Position numbers and translations under genes: made by a program. A stretch of DNA of 61,582 nt, the filler included, from Choristocarpus tenellus KU-1152 (Eukaryota > Protista > Phaeophyceae): the NCBI GenBank assembly GCA_964200185.2. It is 8 parts of 8 records of this genome, joined end to end, with 100 filler letters (N's around TTAATTAATTAA, not from the genome) between each part and the next. Parts side by side here need not be neighbours in the genome. Positions count along the whole stretch, not along the records: positions 51,340 to 58,973 come from CAXNAD020005838.1; positions 59,074 to 61,582 come from CAXNAD020027208.1; 6 more parts are not named here. The stretch is one strand, 5' to 3'. A model generated the notes under the pieces. That model worked only from the letters and a program-made list of their open reading frames with translations. It had not been told where the DNA came from and made no database searches. Below are positions 52,916 through 61,582 of this stretch, piece after piece. The stretch's first letter is position 1; every line of letters begins with the position of its first letter.

Positions 52916-55900
52916 TTAGTCGACATAAAACATAACCTCCTTGATGCTTAGCCATTCTGTCCCGAGAAATGCTGCCACAAGCTGCACGGACGAGATACCC
53001 TCCTCGTCAAACTGTTTCTCGTCCAGACCATCTGTATCTCCAAGGCTACTAAAGACAGAATTATGAAGAGCGCCGTTGAAATATATATCCAGAGTTCGAG
53101 TCCGTGTATCTCCGAGGTAGAATGCTTTGAACGAGGAAAAGAAAGAAGGGGGGGGAGAATGGAGCAGGTACGGTGGGACAGAGTAATGTCCGGTTGTGCA
53201 CAAACTCAGGTTCCAATAATTAAATTACCACGTGGCATACATAAAACGTGTCCTTGCAGCTAGAGTATACATAGTCGAGTAAAAAGAATTAAACTCACCA
53301 ATAAGCATGCTGTGCAATGCCACTGGGTTTGAGAAGGTGTATGTGATACTGCACAAGCCCCCAACAGCATCAGCATTCAGGCACGACCATCTGCTGGCAT
53401 CACTGAGATAATCACCATCCTGTAAGAACATAGCCATAGAAATGCAGTTGAGTCTCGAAGGTTATACTCAGCGTTAGATCTGAACATTTATTCCTTCCTC
53501 ATAAAAGGTCATTTAACAGTGACGACGAAGCAATATCATTAGGTCCACCAGCAATGCACAATTTAATAGTCGAGAACATAGGAAAGTGAAAAGGGGATTT
53601 TACCATCTGATTACGAGGGGGAAATAAGGTATCACCAGGTTTCACCTTTACTTTTCTTAGTAATAGTATCTTTCATATTTTCTTGTTTTCAAATACACTA
53701 CAACTCATAATGGTGTATCCAATGAACTTTCCTGGAAGCAGTACAGACTTCGTTCTTGTTGTGTTCGTTGTATTATTTACCTTATATCCACCTTCTTGTT
53801 TCCCTCCATGACAACATCTTCTAAATGCTGCTAAATGTCATTGGATAGAAATAAAAATACTCTTATCAAGTATACTTACCACGAATTTGTAGTGACTACT
53901 ACTGCAGATAGTATCCCCTACGTATACTTTTGCAATGTTCTTTTCTGTGGGTGCACTAAAAGTAGAAGGAAATATTGCTGCCCTACTGTACACAGTTGAA
54001 GAAAATGATTGCTATAGTTGTACCAACTCTCATTGAAACTTTGAGAAGCAGGAAATATGCTAAGGAAGTCGTGCCTAGGAAACGTTTGAATGTCAACAAA
54101 GTAGATGACACCGCAAGCGTTGAGACATATCCCAAGCAAAACGATAAAGGAAGAGAGGAGCACGGTGGCAGTGCTAGCTGGTTCAAATATTCAAGTACCG
54201 CTCCGTTCTCCAGTGTTTATTGCCTGGTACTTTCAAGTAAGAGGAAAGTAGTAAACTTTAACCCTGAACCCAACCCAACCATCCCTATCCCAAATCAGTT
54301 CCTATCAGAACATAAAGAAAGCAACTAATACCACCACGTCGTACCCTCTTCTACTTTACCACTTACCCTTGTATTAGAAGGAAGGCACTGACCAGGGCAG
54401 CCAGAGTCTGTACGGTCGTCAAATGACGTTGCAGAGATGCTCACACTGTTGGAGGTGTCACCAATCTCTTTGCCCTCAATTACCCAAATAACCACCTGAG
54501 AAAATAGGTCGGAAATAGTGCATTCAGTTCTTCCTCAGAAATTTGGTAGTGTTTTTCACCTTCCAAGTACTTCTAAAACCGTTTTCCACTTAACACGCAC
54601 TCTGCCAAGAGCTCCAAGAACTATACTGGGAATTATTGTGCAGTACTTTTTGAAAGTACTGCGAGGAGGCTACAGAGCTGGTACACTAAGACTCAGCAAA
54701 GTGTTGACACCAGCTGAGAGACCTTCTTCTCGAAAACGAATGATCTAGCCTGGTGAGTAGCCTTTGAAAATGGGCAAGAAGTATGTACTGTACCTCCGTG
54801 AGGCTGAACCATTCACCGTCCTCTTCAGGTATGGATACTATAGTGATTTCGCCGGTAAAGACAGGTTCACTGAAGAAGTCGCCTTCACTGACAGCGTACG
54901 AGACCATCCCTGCATTGTTATTTTCAGCTTCAAGGATGGTTGTACCACTACCGCTGACGATCTTGAACTTGCGTGTGCGAGAACCACCCTGATGGAAGGC
55001 TGGGGCAACGGACAATAACACATGATAGATTGTTTTGCCTAACTCTCCATTCATGTGACACAATGTTATCATCGACAGTCCTGTATAGGCCTTGAACATG
55101 GCCACGAACGAATTTGAAAGGATTCATAGCTAAAAACCTATAGCAAGTAACATCCTTCTTCGAATTCAATAGTAGATTATATACTGAGCCTCTACTCAGA
55201 ATGCATTTTTTCCCCCTGATATTTTGCACGTGTCACAGAGGAGAAAGAAGCGACATACTGTCTGAGTACAATATTACATCATATATACAGCAATACAATC
55301 TGGATTGCTTGTCTGCTTACGTACAGACAATTTTCTACTCGTAGGTGTCAAGATCAATCCTCCTAATCGACGAAGGTATCTCGTCCGCATACTACGACTG
55401 AGATATCATTGGTCGATAGCGCTCTTACCGTAAATACGTGGTTGTCCCTACGTTTCAATTCCTTGGGTGAGACTCGTTCTGTTCCTCATTGTCTATACAT
55501 ATCTTGAGCGCACGAGCTCGCTCTCCGTAACGAGTTGACATCATTCGTCTTATCATCACGCAAGTGTTCATTTGTACTCGGGAGTACATTGTGCTGGTGC
55601 TTGGGTCATAAGTTGTGATGATTGGAGCTGCCTATAGACCTACTGTGTAGTGTATATTCTTCATCTCACCGATGTCAATATTGCGCACTGCCTGCTCAGA
55701 TCCGAATTGGTATGTGATTGAGCACTCGTCAACGCCCAGGGAGGTGGAGCAGGACCATCTAGATTCGCCGTCAAGATTCCCATCCTGCCAAGAAAGGTAA
55801 ATGTTGTGATTGTTGGTCCACTTGTCAAGGGGAGTAATAACATGCAAAGGGTGATGAGGAGGTCGACCACATATCATGTTGACAATACCATTCACTCTGT

Positions 55901-56207
55901 TGTTCGGTTTAAGCTGATTCACAGACCCTGGTGAACTGGGGAGTGCAGCCTGAAGGGTCGCAACCATTGTTGGCGAGGTTTCGCGTGTCGTATGCAGTTG
56001 CAGTAGTCGTCAATGTGGTCTGATCTGCCACATCTAACCATTGTGCACCTGGGACGACAGGGACAGTGTGATGTCGGTGTGGGATGTAAGTTTGAAGCAG
56101 ATGAACGGAAAATATTACGGTCGATGCTGGAGGCACCTACATGTCGGTGTGGATGTCAGAGCGAGGAAGAGACCTCCGAAGAGAGGGACTGTTGTGCCCA
56201 GATACAT
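52916..56207 (-). CDS. Secreted 317-aa protein with two tandem discoidin/CBM32-like (putative carbohydrate-binding) domains
   Basis: Exons 56141-56207, 55927-56033, 55670-55784, 54794-54999, 54367-54495, 53299-53419, 52916-53124, total 954 nt, in frame from ATG to TAA. Hydrophobic N-terminus MYLGTTVPLFGGLFLAL. Repeat motif AT.(Y/F)D.R..GC....C.P..TRDG....SRWSC......C.ITY.F......I(A)F..G..RTR...EW.S..EV occurs twice. The fold call is an inference. Confidence 0.8.
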
Positions 56208-58304
56208 TATGTTATTGTTTATGATGAAGGCACAGATTTCCTCGAGAGTGTGTTCTTGATGTGTTGGTGAAGGGGGACTACTATGGATGTCTGTGGATAA
56301 GTGGATAAACTGTCCTAAGAACATGATTTCAATTTCATCTCCCTCCCCATTTTATTGAAGATATTTCTATTTCTTCTCTGGTCTATTATATATTCTATGT
56401 ACTTAGAATCTCATTTTATCTCTCACAAGGATCGATAGAATGAATAATGCCGAAATAACGATTTATTGAATAGTCCATGTCCTATCTATCCATAAATCGG
56501 ATTACGTATTTTTCGATAATTCTTGTTTGGTGTATATGTATGATTATATGAAGAGACACTTCAAAGTTCAACAAATGATGGGGGTTCAGGTTTGTAAGGA
56601 GATGTTGGGAATATTGATGAAGTAATTACACCTTAAAAGAACCACTTTCGTTAGATAATATATATTTACTACTACTATTATTGTGTTTATTATCACACCA
56701 TAATAGTTTTGTGGTGTGTATGGCGAACATCACAGAAGATGCACAAAACTTTTGTAAGGTCTGAGAAGGGCCATCGTAAAGTCGGATATCCAATTTCGAT
56801 TGTAATTCCGAGCCTCGGAGGTGACTTGAAGAAAGGGCTGATTAAACCGTGTTTCTACACATTTTTTTGTGGTTTCTGATGCGGACATGAGGGGTACACA
56901 ACTGCTGTAGTATACTGCATGTGGATCGATAATCACATACCCCTTATCAAAGGTTTATTGGGGACATGGGTAACAGGTTTATAGGGGTACCCCACTCATA
57001 TTTTGAGTTGTCCAGTATATTCTGTTAATAGTATTTTTTATAGTGTTTGTTTGGGCTAGGGTTAGAATGATCAATATGAATACTTCCATACCCAGTAAAC
57101 ATCATTCTATGATATATGCAGTATGTATTATTGTGGAGAGTGTGTAACGACTCACTAGGATAGGCTCGAAATATGTGCGAGCCTATCATTCGCTAACTCA
57201 TAATTAGACGCAGTTTTCTATTATTTAATGAAAAAACAGTTGTGTTTTTTTTTTCTTTGATTATCATTGGTCATCTCTTAGAACTAAGGATTAATTCTTC
57301 ATTAACTCTACCTCTACACACACTGGATGGGATATATACCAAGTTAATACACCCACGACCTTCTTCACAACAAGGTAATAAGCCTCTGCACAGAGCATAT
57401 ATCACTCCCTTTGAGAATGCACTAAAGGAACAAGCACATCACACCACAGTATTCAGCCTGCATCTCTACAGAGCATGTCACAAGATTCATCACAACGAAT
57501 TCACTAGTGGTTGAGTGCACTATATCTCCCCTCACGTTCAACTCTTCAAGCCACTATATAAATCACTTCGCCAGAAATAACGATACAATTTATTCAAGGC
57601 CTCGACAGATTATGAGTCTCGGACGATTCCGCTCTAGAAGAGGACACGACATAATCATCGCACTGTAATGTTTATTGAATTCTACAAATAAGTACTACTT
57701 CTATCACACACACACACGAAAATCTTAGATCAGATATGTCAAAATCCTATCATCTCAGGGCATATGAAGGTGGATACCAGGAAGTATCATAAAACAATCG
57801 CAGAGTATATAAATTAAAAACATCAATAATAGTAAGAAGGTCAATGAATGAAGGTGTAGCAGCACACTTCTACATGAATGATAAGAAAAATATTTTAAAC
57901 CGAATATAATAAATGTAGAGTGCACTCCTGCATCAACAAAGTCCGACCTCCCTAACACAAGGCGTCTATGGAAGCATGTTTCGGGTCAATGAAGGAGAGA
58001 GCGTTTCACAAATACGAATATATATTGCAGCTTGTCCGCGTCGTATCTCTCCTCTGCATTAGGGTTAGGTTGATAGGAGCGACTGTGCGAGGATGTTTAT
58101 GTAAGATATTGTTGTTGTGTTGGACATATGTTGTTTGCAGCCCTTGACAAGAACCGAAAAAAAACATACGACACAGATTTCTGAAGAGAAAGAAACACAC
58201 AGGTGACAATACTAGTTCGAACAATGTTTTAGGAATTCTGTGAAAGTTCGAGTGTGGTTTGTAAAGTAAAGCAACGTACAGAAACAAAAGAATAATTACT
58301 TAGA

Positions 58305-58373
58305 GACCCAAAGTATCTGGGGGGGGGGTGTCTACACCAGGGTGTCCATTTGGGCCAAAATCAGAAAAAGTGC
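58305..58373. mobile_element. MITE family B truncated copy; another left end at 58950-58973
   Basis: gacccaaagtatctg-G run-tctacaccagggtgtccatttgggcc. Confidence 0.75.
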
Positions 58374-59114
58374 AACATCCTATAGTGATACGATAAGGTG
58401 GTTTGATTTCAAACTATTCATAGGATACAACACTACAAAACAGAAAAAGTCGATACACTTAATCCCACTTTTGTAGCAAGGTGTCGGTCGGGTTGAGAAA
58501 TGAAGATATTTATGCGTAAAATTGAATAGTTTATGTAAGATCCATGCAATGGTATCTACATATCCGTATCCGTCCTTCCATGGGGTTCACGAAGGTTTGA
58601 GACCCTGTGCCTTTTGGCGAATAGAGAAACATGTTGATGAGTGCAAGTATAGTCATCTCTGCAAACCTCATCAGGTACACGTTGTTATTGTTCATCATGG
58701 TCTTACGGTCATAATATAGAGCTATCACTATCCCCTCCCTTCACACCTCTTTCCAGTGTGAGCGTCCGCATCCATAAGGACGAACGGTTTGTTAATAGTG
58801 GGAACCTGCTCGATCATTTCGTACAGCACGGTCCAGAATCGTCCTTCTCCGTTAGTTAGTTCTCTTCTCTTCTCCATCTTGTCTTATGTGACTACATTTA
58901 AACGTGCCAGTATCAGTAGGATCCGAACGTTCATCAGCCAGTCAGTACCGACCCAAAGTATCAGGGGGGGTGGNNNNNNNNNNNNNNNNNNNNNNNNNNN
59001 NNNNNNNNNNNNNNNNNTTAATTAATTAANNNNNNNNNNNNNNNNNNNNNNNNNNNNNNNNNNNNNNNNNNNNTTTGTGTTTGTTTTGTTTTTTTTTGTT
59101 TTGGTGGTGTTGTT

Positions 59115-59145
<31 letters not shown>

Positions 59146-59991
59146 AGGGTGATGGATTTTGGAGAACTGTCTTAACTATTTTTTTGTTTGCTTTTCCGCT
59201 GCATTTTCTTTTTTTTACTTTTACATGCATATTATTATATTTTTCTGCTTACTTTGTAAGAGAGCACACAGAAGCGACCCGTTTTTTCTGGGATATACGG
59301 TGTTGACAAAATATTTTGAGGTTTTTGGACGTTAATTTTTTTTTTTTTTTCTCGGTGGCGAAAAATGCTTTTCTGAGGTGATCCCTGTGCTGTTGATCCT
59401 TGAGTAGCTGATTAGCCAATTCTGTGACAGTGTAGAGGGAGAAGCGTATGTATGGATCTTCCCTTTGAAATGTTTCCGTTGTCTGTTTTCCGACGCGGTG
59501 TTGTCATGTATAGTGTTAGGGTTCGTGCTGACTTTTTGATAAGGTTATGGTGTGGATGAGGCTAACCCAAACGCCTCCCTCAAATATTGTGTATTGGTTT
59601 TGGGAACTGCAAGGGAGTGCACCACAGGGGCGTTGTAGGACAAGGTGTCAAGATTGTTTTTAGGCATGTCTTTGCCAGGGAAGAGAGTGCAGTCGGGACG
59701 TTTTCTTGTGTTTTTTTTTAAGTGTTGCAATAGACCTTGATCGTTGTATTCATATATATGTGTATGTGTGTATGTGTATGTCTGTGGTTGATCACACACC
59801 CCTCCGTGCTGGGTATCGCTTCCAAATATTATCGGAAACACTACAATGTGTAGACAATTTTTCTTAGCCAAGTACGCCTTCGCATACTTGTGCACGAATG
59901 TTTGTTCTTGTGTTTTTTCCTCCATGGCCTTGTCAACTGATGCTCTAATGATGCTATATGTCGTGTGTGTGTGTGTGTGTTTGTGATGTAG

Positions 59992-60086
59992 ACTATGATG
60001 AGCGGGTTCTCCCATCTATTGTCAATGAGGTGACGAAGGCGGTGGTGGCAAAGTATAACGCCTCTGAACTCCTTACCAAGCGAGAG
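59992..60086 (+). CDS. PHB2: Single internal exon of a prohibitin (PHB2-like)
   Basis: gtag|ac tat gat gag...aag cga gag|gtgaag encodes (D)[31 protein letters not shown], the conserved prohibitin core. It is not in the ORF track. PHB2 versus PHB1 is tentative. Confidence 0.85.
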
Positions 60087-60468
60087 GTGAAGCGATCCCT
60101 AACCCTTCGATTATAATTACTCCCCCTACCCCTACCCCTGCCCCTGCCCCTACTACCCCTTCCACCACCGAGCCAGTTCTGGTTTGTTGTGTTTTATTGT
60201 GGTTTTATTGTTATGTCATCTTTTGTTTGTTGTGTTTTGTGGTGCCTAAGGAGTTTGATGGGAAGTGGCTTTTGTCTGTATTCAAGAGAGAGGTTCGTTG
60301 GTAGAAGCGAGGGCCTTTATTATGTGGGGGGAATCAAAAGGTTGAGAAAAAAATGTAATGTTTTTGACTGTGAAGGGGGGTGATGGTAGAGGGCTAGTGT
60401 GTGACACTATGCCGGTAGCTTCTTTGTGTTGCGTATGGTTTCCTATTCTCCTGTAATTTTGGCAACGG

Positions 60469-60726
60469 TTTGTGGGTGTATGGCAGGTGGTCTTGTGAGA
60501 TTCCATTTTTTTTTTGTGCATATGGCAGAGTGCTTGTGGTGGCATGGCAGGCGGGTCTTGGACTGCAAGATTTCCATTTCTTGTATTGTTGTGGGCATGT
60601 AGTTGTGTGTTTGTGGGTGTATGGCAGGCGATCTTGGATTGTGATCCCATTTTTTTTGTTCATATGGCAGAGTGCTTGTGGTGGCATGGCAGGCGGGTCT
60701 TGGACTGCAAGATTTCCATTTCTTGT
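60469..60726 (+). repeat. ~141-bp tandem repeat (~1.8 copies) with an atggcag subrepeat
   Basis: tttgtgggtgtatggcagg at 60469 and 60610, followed by long identical stretches. Confidence 0.85.
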
Positions 60727-61540
60727 TTGTTTTGTATCCCCTGTTCATCCACTTTTACTCTTTCATTTAATAAGGGCTGTTGTTATTGATGAGTTTTTTT
60801 TTTAACTGAGTGGTAAAATTTAGATACTATCTTCTTTTTTTTGCACCAATCAAATGTCACCATTCAAGTTTGTATCGGATTTGATTTGTATCATAACCCT
60901 CCTTTTCACTCCGCACTTGCTGCTTCCATGGCAAGGCAGGGTCATCCCACCTCTTTATTGTTATGGTATGAATTTGGTATGTATTTCCAGGGGATTGAAG
61001 GAACATTATGGAAGTGGTGGATTTTTGCTTTGTATTATTTTTTTCATCCTACTACAAAACAAAAAAGCCACTCATGTTTGGTTTGAGCTGACATTTTCAT
61101 TGAAAAATGTTCGATACGCAAATTATTATTTTTTTAAGTGTTTATTTTTTTGTTTGTAAGAATATTTTGCCCTGGCGTACATATTTTTGAGAAGAAGGCA
61201 ACTCTTGATCGAGAGCCCTTTTGTAAATCCTTTTTTATTATTTTATTTTTGTACAGGCGTTTTTGAGTCCATGGCAGCCAGAGTTCTTTCTTCTCCTCGT
61301 GGGATGTTCCAAGTCTTTCATGCAAACTTCGATTTTTTTAATATTTATTTTTGATCTTTTTCTTTTTCTTTTGGTGTGTGGGCTTGGGTTGCAAGAATGT
61401 AATGCCTTTAGTAAAAACAAAAATGTACTGTCATTTTTTCTGGTTTAACTCCTTTTAAGAAATATTGTCTGGCAGTTTTGAGTGTTCTGTTCCAGTTTTT
61501 GTCTGTGGAAGGTGGAAGGCCTGTGTGGTGCCCCCCCCAC

Positions 61541-61571
<31 letters not shown>

Positions 61572-61582
61572 CATCTCTTTCC

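Noticed and set aside
17409-59073. Recurrent ttaattaattaa motif and apparent gene cluster across contigs
   Set aside because: It is an artificial linker. Neighbourhood across gaps (for example TOP6A with the transposase or DDX55) cannot be interpreted.
59543-59645. Possible exon (GYGVDE.. papain-like, or VMVWMRL..)
   Set aside because: The first frame stops without the NSWG motif. Neither frame matches the prohibitin sequence expected upstream of 59992.

Overview
Intron-rich eukaryotic DNA, most likely from a brown alga or a close stramenopile relative. This is inferred from TTAGGG motifs, gene style and a brown-algal-type secreted repeat protein. The window is 8 contigs joined by artificial 100-bp N/ttaattaattaa/N linkers, so adjacency across gaps is not established. 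Exon chains rebuilt by hand from splice sites and phase give six host genes. (1) The 5' half of Ku80/XRCC5 (minus, 209-6504). (2) Topoisomerase VI subunit A/SPO11-3 (plus, 6705-16631), head-to-head with Ku80 with 200 bp between the ATGs; it has a ~500-aa low-complexity N-terminal extension and lacks its last exon. (3) The 3' exons of a DDX55/Spb4 DEAD-box helicase. (4) Central exons of a KIF6-like kinesin-9. (5) An apparently complete 317-aa secreted protein with two discoidin/CBM32-like repeats. (6) One prohibitin exon. Mobile DNA comprises a decayed, spliced Sola2-like DDD transposase gene and two MITE families with shared termini and 4-bp TSDs; one MITE sits inside a transposase exon. The most notable signals are: short TTAGGG tracts that appear to have been written into pre-existing sequence (visible by comparing paralogous copies); the Ku80-TOP6A divergent pair; and an 11-copy 44-bp array that amplifies an exon/splice-donor junction.
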